A stretch of 64,000 nt of DNA. It comes from Gnetum montanum (lineage: Eukaryota; Plantae; Gnetophyta). The DNA lies in assembly GCA_015680685.1 (NCBI GenBank), contig MNCI01000851.1, forward strand, positions 383,157 through 447,156. Direction: 5' to 3'. Every line of letters starts with the position of its first letter. Positions within the stretch are counted from its first letter, which is position 1. This document shows, piece by piece, positions 24,923-38,590 of the stretch. A program made the translations under genes and the position numbers. Under the pieces are notes generated by a model. That model was not told where the DNA came from, made no database searches, and saw nothing but the letters and a program-made list of their open reading frames with translations.

Positions 24923-26552
24923 TGGCTTCACTGATGGCGCTGCTGCGCCTCTGCAGAATTCCGGCATTGCGTTCAGAAACTGCGCCATGCCTGCTCCGTC
25001 GCTCATGACGTGGTTGTAGTTTGTGCCCACTACGAATCCCCCGCACTTGAGCATCGTCACCTGCAATCAATCAGGGTTGCAAATTCACAGTCAGGGTAAA
25101 TTCGCTGTACAGTTGTTTTGGGTTGGAAATAAAACAAAATATATTAACATAAAAAATAAGAATCAGAAAATAAAGCTGAGGTTGATCGAGTAAAGGTGAA
25201 AACCTCTTAAATTAAGAAAAAAGTATCTATTTTTCATTGTCTAGTTTAAATGAGTAACAATATATTGGATTTTAGAATATATGATTAAATTGCAGCAACA
25301 ATATCAAAACTAATTTTTAAACCAAGAAAATAAAGGTAATGTGGTAATATTAAAAAAAATTCCAAGAATTCCTAACTTTTTAAAAGAGTAAAGTTGAAAA
25401 TATCTTAAATTAAGAGTAAAACATTGAATTTCAAAACATATTGTTAAATTACAGTAACAACAATAATAAAACTAAACTTATATCCGCCCTCTGTTACACT
25501 TTACAAGCATGCTTGAAATATACTTGTTTGAAAATACAGCTATTTAAAGATTTGAATCCTTTTTGATGGCAAAAATTTCCAATTAGAAGCATTCGGGCAT
25601 CAATTTCCAACTCTGCTTTTAATGATTAAAAACTGGGGAAAAACCTATGCTTGCCTCCAAAAATGAATTGGAAAAATCCAGTGATTAGGAAAACTAGATG
25701 AAAAAACAAAGTAGGATAAAGCCATCTTGGAAACCATTTAATAGACTCTTAAAATATATATTTTCAAGCATAATGAATGTTTTTAAAGACACTTAAGGGC
25801 AAATTCTAACCCTAATGTAAAAGCAGAGGTTAACTCAGCCATGGCGGATGAAAAATCAAAGGTTAACTCAGCCATAGCGGATGAAAAATCAGATAAATAA
25901 ATCTGTTATCGAACTCCAAAAGAAAGCAGCTACACATAATATACAAAAAGCCTATTGGTAGATTTATTATATTTTATATTTTAAAAAAACACTGAAACCG
26001 AATCTACGAATCAACTCAACTCGGCTCAGAATAAAAGATGAACCGGCGGTTAACCATAACCGCAATCTGTGGCCTTGTAATAAATCATTGGTCACCTGTA
26101 TCATAAGCAGCGTACAACCTATGATGCTCTCTGACTCATAGATTGTGTAAAGCGGCTGCTCCCTGCACGGAAATGGCGGTTTCGGGTCACCGAAGTCTGC
26201 AAGACTAACGTCGGCAGCTTGGGCCTCAATGAAGAGCACTCCCTGTGCGTTGCAGTCTACGCAGAGCTTCTTCCTGCCGCAGCCTGCCTGCCATGGGATA
26301 ATAGGGAACCAGGACTTTTGCAAGAGCTTCTTTCATCACTTTTCTTGGATCTCGGCCGTCCATCTCCGGTTTCTGGTGTTTGCGGTAGAAATGCAGCATC
26401 AGAAATGGAACTCTTGCCTGGTCATCCATGTGTGACAATGACAGAATCTCAGTCGGAGTGGGTTCGCACGGAGCCACTAGAACTGGGTCCTCGAGCCTCG
26501 CGTAGAAGCATAACGCCTTGGTCTCATTATCATTGTCTGATTGGCAATCCAT
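24923..26552 (-). pseudogene. BAHD acyltransferase pseudogene, 5' half (exon 1 26552-26096, exon 2 25060-24923)
   Basis: PVLVAPCEPTP..LSHMDDQ, ALAKVLVPYYPMAGRLR, a frameshift near 26280, VDCNAQGVLFIEA, the conserved intron after LLMIQ, then VTMLKCGGFVVG..HVMSDG (HxxxD). Similarity stops after PSVKP and no DFGWG is seen. TATA-like element at about 26660-26669. Confidence 0.9.
25828..25890. repeat. 33-bp tandem duplication in the BAHD intron
   Basis: GGTTAACTCAGCCAT[G/A]GCGGATGAAAAATCA occurs twice. Confidence 0.85.
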
Positions 26553-27099
26553 GGTTACTGTAGTCTGTTTGCTTACACAGAGCTACCCTTGCCTACTCTG
26601 ATTTTTGCTATCGTTTTCCTTCCGACACGGTACTTGTAGGCTCTGTTTGGTTTTCTGGATTTATATAACAGTTGCATTCCGAATCCATACTCAAAACACG
26701 TTCATGAATAGCATGTTACGTAGCCATGAAATACTGGGTTGAAATATCAGCAACAGCAGCACGTAAAAGAAAATCGTTGATGCAGTAGGTGCCAACCCTA
26801 CCACTCTAAAAGGTAAAAGCTGATTTCAATTCAGGTCTACGCCGATCCAGTGCGTGTTAAGAATGAACGCACAATCCAAGGCAGTTTGCATCCTTGTTTT
26901 CCTCACTACGTTTGGGAGTAACGTCATTATTAAAGATAACACAGAAAATATACCGCTCAAACCAAGTTAGGGGATACATAGTCTATGTTAAATAACGGAA
27001 GAATATTCTATTAATGGATTGGCTAAGTTAGGTTATTCTCTGGCATAATGGTGACGAACATCCATGTATGGAAAAATGGCAAAAAGTTCATGTCATTGT

Positions 27100-27873
27100 T
27101 CAGGAATCATGATAAAACAAGCTAGAGATAGTACCTAAGGAATCTAAAGTTAGCATACATAGTGATGTAACCTATGCCATGTAGTTCCATGGTAATCATT
27201 TAAATAATGTAAAATGTTTCATTATTATTTATACCTCTTTTCTTCTTATATTCTCCTAATTATATTTTCTTTGATCTTAAACTTTACAATTTTATTTGTA
27301 ATAGGATGTCACACCCAATTGTATTTAAGGCACATTATATGACAAAATTTTTATTTTGTAAACTCATATGCCGAACATAATATATAAATACAATACACAT
27401 GTTAAATTTAAAACATGTCTTCATTAGTAAGATTGGTGTTTTAAGTATAATTTATAAACACGATCTAAACCCATCTTTAGATATATAGCAAATGAGAAAC
27501 TTTCATAGAACCTAAAAAAATATATAGCATTGTCATAGATTACAGAAAAGTAACTTGCAACTTACAAGCTATAACCAATCACTCAAAGGAATCCTGATAA
27601 AAGAAGCAAGAGATAGTACCTAAGCAATGTAAAGTTAGTATACTAAGTGTTGAGTTATGCCATGTAGTTTCATTACAATAATTTAACTAATGTCAAATAT
27701 TTCATTGTTATTTATATCTCTTCTTTTCTTATTCTCTTAATTCTGTTCTCTTTGATCTAAAAATTTACAATTTTATTTGTAAAACTTTACACCCAATTAC
27801 ATATTATATGATAAGATTTTTATTTTGTAAACTCATATGTTGAACATAATATGTAAATACAATACACATAATT
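27100..27873. repeat. Diverged direct duplication of ~300 bp (copies at ~27100-27405 and ~27585-27873)
   Basis: GGAATC.TGATAAAA.AAGC.AGAGATAGTACCTAAG...AATACAATACACAT occurs twice, about 485 bp apart. Confidence 0.8.
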
Positions 27874-30065
27874 AGTTGTGCACCCATAGTGCTTCGGCTT
27901 GCACAATGGATGTAGTAAGTGCATTTCTGATCATCCAACTATGTGAGTATGACACCCGAAGGCATAATTTGATGCATCTGTCATGATATGGAATGGCCTG
28001 GACGAGTGAGGTGATCATAGAATTAGAGTTTCTACAAGCTTTTGCTTAAGTTGCTCGAATTATTCTTGCATTCCTTGGTCTAGGAAAACAGACCATCCTT
28101 CTTTGTAAGCTTCACCAATGGTATGGCAATCTTAGAAAAATTCTCTTTGAAGCACTAGTAGTAGCTAGCATGACCAAGGAATGATCATGCATCTTTGAAA
28201 ATTTCTGGTTGGTGGATAATTCCTTAGATGACCCTTGTTTTCTTAGGGTCCATCTCAATCCCTTCTTGTGATATTCTGTGCCTCAAGACAATAACCTCTT
28301 GGACTAGCAGATGGCTCGTTTACCAATTAAGCCAAAGGTGGATCTTCACATACCTTTTAGCACTTACTCAAGGTGGTTCAAAACTTACTCAAATGTAGTC
28401 CCATAGATAGAGAAGTCATCCATGAAGACTTTCACCCCACTACCGATCTACTGTTGAAAGATGCTCAAGACAAGCCATTGAAAGGTTGTAGGGTTACTGC
28501 ATAGACCAAATGACATTTTCTTGTATGCCAAAGTCCCCCATGGACTTGTGAATGTTGTTTTGGCCTGATCCTCTAGTGCAATCTAAATTTGGTTATATCC
28601 ATTATAACCATTGAGAAAGCTATGGTAGTAATGCTTAGAGATAGTCTCTAACACTTGATCCACAAATGGCAATGGAAAATTATCTTTGTATGTCACCATG
28701 TTCAACAATCTAAAGTTAATACAAACCCTTCACTTGACACCTTTCTTTGGCACTATCACTAATGGTCTAACCCACTTGCTATTTGCAATGGAATAGATGA
28801 ACCTCACATTGAGGAGTTGTTCAATCTCCTCCTTGACAACTACTTTAGTTTCAGGTTCAACCATTGTTGTGACTACCTCTTTGGCTTTATGGAGGCATCT
28901 GTATAGATGTAGTGTTGGCATATCTGTGGATGAATTCCAATCAGTTCATGATATGACAAGGTAAAGGTTATTAACCATTTGTTGATCACCTTCAACAACT
29001 TCTCTTTTTATCTTGAAGCAAATTGGCATTAATTATAGCTAGCTTTCCATTATTCAAAAAAGCATATTCCATGCTAGTAGGTAGAGTTTTCAACTCCAAG
29101 GGCTCCTATTTGAAACTTTTAGGGATTTCCAACTCTTCCTAATAAGTGTCATGAGGTTCATCATCAGAGAGTTGGTGATGGCTCTACTCCATCTCATCCA
29201 TGCCTTTAACATAGGCACTTGTCAAACTCTTAGTTGATTCCATGTAAATTATTAGGCTACTATTAAGATTAGCTATCAGCCACTAGGTGCCCTCTTGTTT
29301 TATGTTTGCTACATATAGGCACCTTTGAATTTTAGACACATCTGTACATTACCTACAGGATATGATAGATGTACTTTTCACAAACCATAGTTTCTACACA
29401 TAGTTGCACCCTGTGTCATTGTATGCAATGCATGGAACTTGCTTCTTGTCCATCTTCCCAAATTCATTTTTCTTGGAAATCCCTAAGGAGAGGTCTTTGA
29501 TTCCCAATTGTCCATCAATGGTGCTCAACCAAGCCATTCCCATGATGATTAGGAAGTCCCCCTTGCAGTTATCAACATGGATTACTAGGAAGCTAGCAGG
29601 ATAGGACCATCCATAAATGATGATCACAATGCCCTCCATCAATCCCAAGGTAATAGTGGTGGACTAATCGACCAACTCAAGATGAATATTGTTCTTCTTG
29701 AGTGGAGGCAGGTTCTAGGCTTTGTACATCTCATGAGAAATTAGATGTACACTAGAACTTGAGTCTAGAAAGGCCTTGCAAGGCTCATTCCCAGTGATTT
29801 GTAGGTAAATAAGGAGACTCCTAAGATCAAATATTTTCCTAAGAAGATGGCTAGCCTTAATCCAATCAGTTACAACATGAGTCAACCTGACAATATACAC
29901 TTTGGGAGGTGTTTGGTTTGAAGGGGACTCAAATGATGTAGATGCAAAGGATGAGGGAGAAGTAGGGCTATTAGCCACATATGTTTGTGAGGGCTTTGTA
30001 GGACTATTGATTTGAAAGAATAGTCTTTTGGGATTTATTTTTTGAACAACATGGCTAAGGAGTTG
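27869..30065 (-). mobile_element. Athila-like pol fragment (protease, RT, start of RH)
   Basis: KAFLDSSSSVHLIS (protease), SKWVRPLVIVPKKG, KVFMDDFSIYG, and YYIHCASR at the truncation point. Homologous to 47.8-49.9 kb. Cut at 30066 by an LTR. Confidence 0.85.
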
Positions 30066-33000
30066 TGATGGGATGCGATATTGCATGAGTCGTGATATCG
30101 TGGCCATTGCAATATTGCATCCCATGTGATATCGCTTACGCGATATCACGTCGTCCCCTATGATATCGCGTACACGATATCGTGGTCTGTCGCCATATCT
30201 ATAAATAAGAAGTGGCACTCCCCTTATTCCTTATCCTAGGCTTAAAGTAGCGAAGCTCTGGCGGATTGATCACCCCAAAGATAAATTATTTTCCATGTGC
30301 CCGTAGTAGGAGTCCCCAAGTGAACAGATCTTTATTCGAGCAACTTTGTACCTGAATGCAAGTTGTGTATGACAATAAAGACGAGCTTTGTGGATAAACC
30401 TTGTAGTACATGGAATAGGTTTATTACATGTTATTTCTTACATGTTATTTGTTACCTGCAGTAGCATGGTATGAGTACGACTTGATTACGAGCATTTACG
30501 AATGTGTACGGTTAGTCAAGGAATCGATTACTCATCGCAATTAGTCTCTCTCACCCTCAACTCCTAGAACATGGGATAAGTACGACTTGGTTACAAGCAT
30601 TCAAGGATGTGTACGGTTAGCTGAGGAATGGATGCTTATCACACTTAGGTTAGTTAAGTACCTCAATATGACCACTTCGAGTATGTGCGTTACGTGTGGT
30701 GATCCCAATAACGATTAGCATTTGGTAGCCACAATTGTATAAATCAGGGTGTGTATAGTAAGTGGGAATGGATGTTGACACTAGGGACTTAGTGCATTAG
30801 TTAGAGTTAGTTAGTTTCTCAACCCTTTACCTCTTAGCATAGGAGAAAAACATAAAATACCATAAAAATCATATACCTCAGACTTGCTTAACCAAACACT
30901 GTGACACATACAAGCAAGCCTAGGAAGACAACGATTAATTAACCCCAAGTGTTCCAAGCAGCGTGTAGGCATTTAGTCTATGGAGTTCGATCGGATCATG
31001 CATGCAACGCTCGTATTCGTATGGTTGAGTGTAGGGATACCCGCCACTCATCATTGGCACTGTTGCTGGGGACTAAGTGTTTGTATGCTAATTAGAACAT
31101 AAGGAAATCATTCACATTGTTGTGAGCCTTAACGAACCTTTGGGTTGATTAGTTAGATAAGAACTTATATAATGGTGAATAGCATACCGATAAAAAATGA
31201 CTTGTTCTCACAAAGCTAATTCACCTAGGACTAACACTGAAGATAGTTGGCAACACACACCGCATAACCTTAACCACCTAAGTCCTAAACAATATAAGAT
31301 AGTTTATACTCATCTTGATGAGTATATTTCGAACTTTACTTTTATCCTCCATCAAGATGAACAACTGCGATGGAGAGACTTGCAAGGTAACATTGTGTTA
31401 CCCCCGGATCGATCAGTCCTAAACATGCTCTTTCATGCCTTGGCATAGATTGGCATGCAGGAAGTATTTGTTGAATACATTGCTAAGGAATTTGATATGA
31501 GGGATTATTATCCCAGAGATGTGCAATGTAAGAGAGACTTAAGGCAGGAGAGTCAACACACACTGCTGAAGGGCAAAGCACTGCACGTCCTTAGTGAAAT
31601 AGGAGACGAGGAACCCCTTATAACGGGTTCTTTAGCAATGGATGTTCCCCCTCCTCATGATGGTGAAGAGGTTAAGCATCAGACAAAGCCTTTGATCAAC
31701 TATACATACTACAGGTTCTGATCCCCATGAACACCAACTGTTCACGGAAGGAGCAATCACTCACACTAAGGATGGACACTTAGATCATTATAACAATCAA
31801 GGCCGAAGCAGCCAAAGAGAAGGTAAGAAACATCACCATGGTGATGGCTCCCCTTCCTCTTCTCCTTCATCTCACCACTCACACTCTTCTTCCACATCTG
31901 GGCACAGCCATCGTGAACATAATGGTGAGGGTAAAGGTAAAGAAGATGAGAGACCTCAACAGGAAGGTCGAGAGATAGGACGAGGACAAGGATGTAGGGA
32001 GAGTAGGAAACCACGAAGATATCATAGACATCATGAAAGAAATGATCATGAAGAACCCATACTTGCAGCCTGAAGTATACTTGACATTACAGAGGCTATT
32101 AGGATTCCCACAAGGCACTTAAAAGATAGTCGGATCAAGAATTTGGACATAAATAATATCCCACGTTTTGAAGGGGGATACAACGCTGATCCACAGTATC
32201 ATTTATAGGCATTCCACGATGCTTGTGCCTTGTAGAATATAGACAATGAGTGGTAGAAGCTTAAGTTGTTCCCAAGGACACTCATCAAAGAAGTAGAGAG
32301 CTAGTACCAGTCTTTAAAACTGGAAACCATCAGGAGGTGGAGTACGATGCTTGAACTTTTCAACAATAAATATCAGACGTACTCCAGAGTGTCCAATTTG
32401 CATAAGCAGATCTAAGGCTGGAAATAAGGTGCTTATGAACCCTTGGATGCTGCCATGGCCCGCTACTATACATTGCTACATTGTTGCCCGGGCCATGGGT
32501 ACGCTCAGCGAGATCAACTTTGCCACATCGTGGATGGGCTAAGGCACGAAACGAGATGAACCCTTGGAACTTATGCCCAAGGGAGGCTGTCACAACTTAG
32601 AGCCCAAGAAGTACAAAGCTTGTTGAACAATTAGCACAAGAAGAGGTGAACTACGTAAGAGGGAAAGTGCGGAAGAATACAACCGCGACCTCTCCCTTTG
32701 CAAGAAGGGAGTGAAATTTTGTGATGAGGAGAATGAGTCACCACTCGAAGAGTTGGTGAACCGGAAAACCTTGCTAATCCAAAAATTAACAACCGAAGTA
32801 TCGGCCAAGGTAGACCAAATGTGGGATTCCTTAAACTTAAGAATTGAAACAGTATTGAAAATCATAGAAGAGTCTAAGGAGGAATGAAGTAGTGACAAAG
32901 GTAAAAAAAAGCAGAGAAATTCAAGCCTTGCACATAATAAGGGTAAGAGAAAAATTCCTATCTCTGATGAGGCTGTGAACTATGACACAGATGATGATAG

Positions 33001-33855
33001 TGGATGTGAGGTTTGCTACTATGACCATCCTAAGGGATGTTGCCCAGTTATCTCACATCTATATGAGTCTAGGGTGTATGCGCTAAATCCAAGACTCAAC
33101 CAACGGCAAACACCCCGAAGGTTACCTTATCCATAGGGTAACCCAAGGCAGTTCCACCAAGCACTAACGTATTATCCAAGTGGAACTCCACCAAAGCCCA
33201 TTGGATAACATTAACAGTGGCAATACCCACAGTTATGGGGGATGCTACCGCCAACATAATAGTACCCTTACCAGCAGCCTGATCCTTATGATTATTATGT
33301 GCAGCAGCCGGTTTCTCTAGGTGACTCTATGGGTCACACTACTCTCCAACGTCACTACCAAGTTTGGGAGTACTTCAGGAGGACTCCTTCTCCTCCAGGA
33401 GACATCTCACACTTATCCCATCCTCCAACTCCATCCACACCTCTTCCACTCATAGTTCCCATACAACCTGTTCCAACAATGCAAGGGGAATTTCCTACTC
33501 AACCGCAACAACGTAATGCCGTGAGAGCTGTAAATATTCAGCCTATAGATATTCAACCTAGTGCTGGTTCTAACAATTGTACAAAGAAGAGGTCCTTCTT
33601 CAGAACTAGGAGCCCGGACAAACTCTCGCAACAACAAGCGGTTGAGTACATGTGTATGCCTCCGACAACTAACCCTTTAGAGCATCCTTCAGTCCAAAAG
33701 AACTGTACACATACAGTTATGTTAACACATACCGTAACTTACTGGATCAAGGTAGGCCACCTTCCCAGGAAACTATCTGACCTTGGGAGCCCCTTAATTC
33801 ATTTACAAATCATCGAAAATGCACCACATTGAGCTCTTCTTGACTTAGGTTCATT
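30066..33855 (+). mobile_element. Athila-like element, 5' part: LTR 30066-31053, PBS 31055-31072, decayed gag up to the protease start
   Basis: LTR TGAT...CTCATCA and PBS TGGCACTGTTGCTGGGGA (tRNA-Asp type). gag-like IPRFEGG..DP..HL*AFHDAC..LKLFPRTL. Ends at ALLDLGS. Retains more CpG than sister copies. Confidence 0.88.
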
Positions 33856-34394
33856 ACAATGATATCGGGTAGGTATGGAATTATTGAGGGAATGGAACTA
33901 ATGGGATGACATGTGAATGGATCATTATGACAAGACTTGACAAAACTGGTATTCATGACAATAGGGGTGAACACCTTATTACATTGACATCAGGCCACAT
34001 TTGGCAACTTGAGAGAAAAGAGAAGAGAGAAGAGAAGAGAAGAAGAGAGAAGAAGTCTTGCTGCTACCAATGCCCAGACTGCACCTTTCATTGTCCATCT
34101 GTAAGCACATCATCAATCTTGCTCCTTGCATAGCCACCTTCAACACTTCTCCATTCTAAGTTCTCTCTCCAGATCTAGTCCATTGTTGCATGATCGCCAT
34201 CTGCACACATAACACAGTCTTATATTAGCAAGGGTAAATGAATTTCAATGTGGTTATACCTTACTTCGGTGTAAGTCCATTGGCTGGGTTGTGGTATGGC
34301 TAATACGGATCTGGGAATATATAAATGATGACTATCAAAGGTGTAGGGGTTAGGAAGAAAATCAAAAAAATTTGGTGCTAGGAGAAAATTGATT

Positions 34395-35210
34395 CTATTG
34401 TCGGTGTCTTGGCGGTGGCGCTTTCGCCTTGCACAGATGCAAACGCAACACATTGTTCCTTCCTGGTGGTGGTGCTCTCCTCGTTTTCCCTGTGAATTTT
34501 ATTAGGCGCACCCATTACCAGGTCAAGGTGAATTTTATTAGGTGTACCGATTACCAGGTCAAGATTTACAGCAGAATAAATTCTATTATACCTGTTGGCT
34601 TGCATTTTATGGGTCACAGAGATGCTAAAACCAAAACTGTGCATTGGACCAGTTAAATAGATCATCACGGTGCCGCGTAACAAGCATGGTTTCAAAATAA
34701 ACAAACAGTAAACAATACACACGGGAGTTCAAATCAGAAGCAGCAAAGGTTTGGATATGAGAAAAGTTAGCGATTGATCCTGCTGGAGAAATTCTCTTAC
34801 GCGTCTGGAGGATAGACTCTTATGCAGGCTACATTGGATGTAGTATCCTCTGGATGCCACGCGCTGTGTGGGTAGCAAAACCTATACGCCATTGACCTTG
34901 AAGGCTGATTCAAGTCAATAAAATAAAAACAACGAAACACGTCAGGCATCCAATGCGTCCAATCATTGATAGCCCTTGAGTTTGACACGGTCTTGTTATA
35001 CCTATTCGTTTCGGATCGTCACGTCTGCGACGTTATATCTCTGTATATCCTAAAAATATACATAATAGTGTGTCCCTTTGCTTACCTGCAACTTATTATC
35101 TCATCATGAAGTTAAACTTTCACTTATGCAAAATGCATGACTTAGCAGCTAAATTATGATATTGGAGCGAGGACATAGATCACAGATGCGGTGGAAATTT
35201 AACCATTTAA
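34395..35210 (-). pseudogene. Candidate three-exon small proline-rich secreted-peptide pseudogene
   Basis: GT-AG exons ending 35086, 34863-34801 and 34489-34395 join in phase 1 as ..VA/ARGIQRILHPM*PA*ESILQT/RKTRRAPPPGRNNVLRLHLCKAKAPPPRHRQ*. The upstream part is hydrophobic but broken by stops and frameshifts. Confidence 0.3.
34493..34563. repeat. 36-bp tandem duplication
   Basis: GTGAATTTTATTAGG.G.ACC.ATTACCAGGTCAAG occurs twice. Confidence 0.85.
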
Positions 35211-35969
35211 GTAATCTAATCAGGAAAAGTTTATCTTGGTATAATGGCCAAAGGTCAAAACAAGAAATTATTAAAAAAAAGGCTTCCTGAGGAATAAGCG
35301 TCTTTACGTGGCTTTAAACTATACACGTATTTTACGATAACAAGTGACCTGAAAGCCCTCATTCTTACTCGATGCAGAGACTAATTATTAAGTCAAAATA
35401 CACTTTCTCCTCTCTCTAAAATGTAGAACTCTTTTTGGGTCTCGATTCGGTATTAATGCATCCCATTGACCATGTGTGCCAGAACCGACATTCGTCCATG
35501 GCAATGGGTTCTTCCATGTCCATGCGATACCGGCTCTTTTTTATTGTTTTGAGCCCAGGTACGATGGCATGGCATCATGTAGTTATCATCCCTATTTCAC
35601 CATGCCCAAGGTGTTTTGAAAAAAAAAATTATATCATTTGTAGGTTTTTTCGTTTCCATACTCATTTCTTTTTTGCACTCGGTGTGCTCATTCATTTTGT
35701 TTTTGCAGTCGCTAATTTCTGTTGTCTTTTCATCGTAATCGATTTTGTGTAAGGTTGTTCTTGAAGATGACCTCATATTTGTAGTGAGAAAGCTTGGGAT
35801 GGATGGTCTATAGAGATTCAAAGATCATGAAGCTGAGGTGAAGAGTATTTATGGAAATAAGCTTCCTAATAAAGTTCAAAGGATTTTTCTAGAGCTTAAA
35901 AGAAAAGCTATTTATATATGATTATATCCTTAGTGAAATCTTGGCTCATGCCTACTATGGGGAGTACTA

Positions 35970-37927
35970 GTGAGCCATGACCTACATCTTCAGTGACTAC
36001 ATCCTAGAAACGTTAAACGACTATGTGGATGATATAGCAGTCAAGTCCAAGGAGGCAGCTGATCACCAACGCGATATAGGGGTAGTTCTCAAATGTTGCC
36101 AAATGCATGATCTATGCCTTAATCCTAAGAAGTGTGTCTTCAGTGTAAGAACTGGACACATGTTAGGATTCGTAGTATCAAAGGCCAGAATAAGGGTGGA
36201 CCCTGACAAAGTCAAGGCCATCATCAACCTGGCACCTCCTACAAACCTTAAGGAGTTACATGGCTTGCAAGATAGGATACAATTCATTCAAATGTTTATA
36301 GCAAATTTGACTGACAAGTTACATCCCATGCAACATCTGCTAAAGAAGGAGGTTAACTTCGAGTGAACAACCCAATGTCAAAAAGCCTTTGATGACTTGA
36401 AGAAAGATCTCTCACACCTTCCAACTATGCATCTGCCATAAAGGGATAAGCCTTTCTTCATCTACCTTGCCACCTCCGACACATCTATTGCAGCACTGCT
36501 ATGTTAGAAACGATATGACGGATCTAAGAAACCAATGTATTATCTGAGTCATGCATTAATAGTGCATGAGGAAAAATACAAGAAGTACAGAGACATTGCC
36601 TCGCATTAACGTGTGCATTAAAAAAATGGAGATACTATCTATTTCGTAGTGCAGTCAACATCATTTACAAGAGCAACATACTTCAGGCTATCACTAACAA
36701 CCTGTATGAAAGTAGCAGGATAGCCCAATGGAAAGTTCGGCCTACACTATGTAAGCAGGCTATCGCAGAGTTCGGCCTACACTATGTAAGCCACTTGTTG
36801 ACTAAGCGTCAAGCCATAGCAACGTAGCTTACAACCTCACCTATCGACGACCATGTAACCATAGACCTCGAATTCTCGGATGAACATGTTGACACTATCA
36901 ACATCATCCCCTCACACCTAGAGACTACCTTACACTTCGACGATGCTTCAACTGTGCGAGGAGGTAGCGTAGGTGTTGTCATTACGCTTCCCTCTAGGGA
37001 AATGCACCCATCTGCTTATCATTTTACATTCCCCTACACTAAAAATGTGGTAGAATATGAAGGGCTACTCATAGGCCTTTCAGCTACCCAAACACTATGC
37101 ATACAACACTTGGAAATCTACGGTGATTCATAACTAGTTGTGAATCAAATCACCAGGGTCTACATCTACAAGGCTATACACATACAACCCTACTGCAACC
37201 TAGCAAAAAGCATGCTTAAGCAATTTGCAACCATAGATGTGCAACACGTGCCATGAAACGAGAAGACCATGGAAAATGCCTTAGCCACCCTTGCATTAAA
37301 CATTCCACCACACTCATTCGCAAGTCTTCCAATGTTAATAGTCAAATGCATTGAGCCTATCACTTAGGTAGGACATGTGGCCTCCATCAGTGCTGCTGAT
37401 GCCCAGGAGTGGTACTCTAACATTAAAGCCTACCTGTAACATGGAGAACCCCCATGCGGAGTAACACCTGCTCAGAAAGATGTGATCCGTAAGCATGCTT
37501 GGCAATATACGCTCATGGGGAATGATGCCCTATGTTGTCGTTCCTACGATGGGGTATTGCTGGCATGCGTGGGTGGGGAGAAAGCTTATAAGGTAGTTAA
37601 TGAGGTGCATGAAGGACTATGCAGTGGAGACATAGCACCCAAGGCTATGGATGTGAAAATCATATGCCTAGGGTACTATTGGCCCCACATGAAAAGCGAT
37701 TACTTGTCAAAAGTTACGACATGTGACATGTGCCATAGATATGCAAATCTCATACACATCTCACCTACAGACCTCCACCCAATGTAAATCATGTGGCCTT
37801 TCCAACGATGGGGACTAGACCTCTAGGACCTATCACACCTAAATCTTCCACAGGGCATAGCTTCATTATCACCACCACCGAGTATTTTACTAAGTCAGTG
37901 GAAGCCATTCCCCTGAGGAAAACGACA
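35970..37927 (+). mobile_element. Tat/Ogre-like pol fragment (RT C-terminus, RH, aRH, integrase N-terminus)
   Basis: DYVDDIAVKS; LNPKKCVF; aRH LHFDDAS..FPYTKNVVEYEGL..YGDS*LVVNQI; integrase zinc finger EVHEGLCSGD..GYYWPHM..CDMCHR; TEYFTKSVEAIPLR, then truncated. Same family as 11.0-13.2 kb. Confidence 0.88.
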
Positions 37928-38590
37928 TTCGGGTTTGAACTTCAAAGAGGTCCCAGCTTTTCAGCTTTTTGGGTTTGAACTTCTGGCACTTTTCTGGTTC
38001 AGACTTTGACTTTTTTGCACTGGCTCTTTTTCCTAGTTTCTAGCCTCTAACACTCTATAAAAGAAGCTGGCACTACAATCCCACACATTGTAAGCTTTCT
38101 GTTTAACACAGTAAATATTTAGCACTCCTTGTTGGTGTCCTGTTCTACTCTTTTTTACCACCTTGGTAGAAATTCTGCATTGTCATCCCCTGAGTCCACA
38201 CCCAAGTGCATAGCCTCTCTACTCTACACATCTTGGTTACTCTCATGATGCCTACACTTCCCAGCACTGTGCAACCGACTGTATCCACCTTGACAAAGCA
38301 AAGTTGTAGCTTCGAAGTGGTGCATTTTTCTAACTGCATTTCACTTTACTTCCTGCTTAGTACTTCATTTTATAATGCTTTCCATATTTTTTTTACATTT
38401 AAGCATCACCTCGCGTTATCAGTGTCATTTTTTTATTACACATTGTAAAAGGCTATATAGACACCGACTAAGTCCCTATCTGATTGACCAGACTATTCAG
38501 GGTGCCCCGTATCCATTCCATCTAGCAAGGCCCTCCCACGGATACAAGGTTGAGGCTGTTAATGGTCGACAATCCCTCAATGTTTTTTTA
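37928..38590 (+). mobile_element. Probable LTR-like segment of unassigned family
   Basis: Short repeats (GGGTTTGAACTTC twice), CTATAAAA at about 38054, non-coding. Lies between the Tat pol and the SIRE gag. Confidence 0.35.

Noticed and set aside
27865-27915. Helitron-like 3' hairpin
   Set aside because: It translates as Athila RNase H (YIHCASR..GAQ) and is homologous to about 47810-47860.
34490-34565. CLE-like tandem peptide LDLVxGxPNKIH
   Set aside because: Lacks the conserved Arg and Pro/Gly positions and a signal peptide. Better explained as a duplicated intron 3' end (CTAAT...CACAG).
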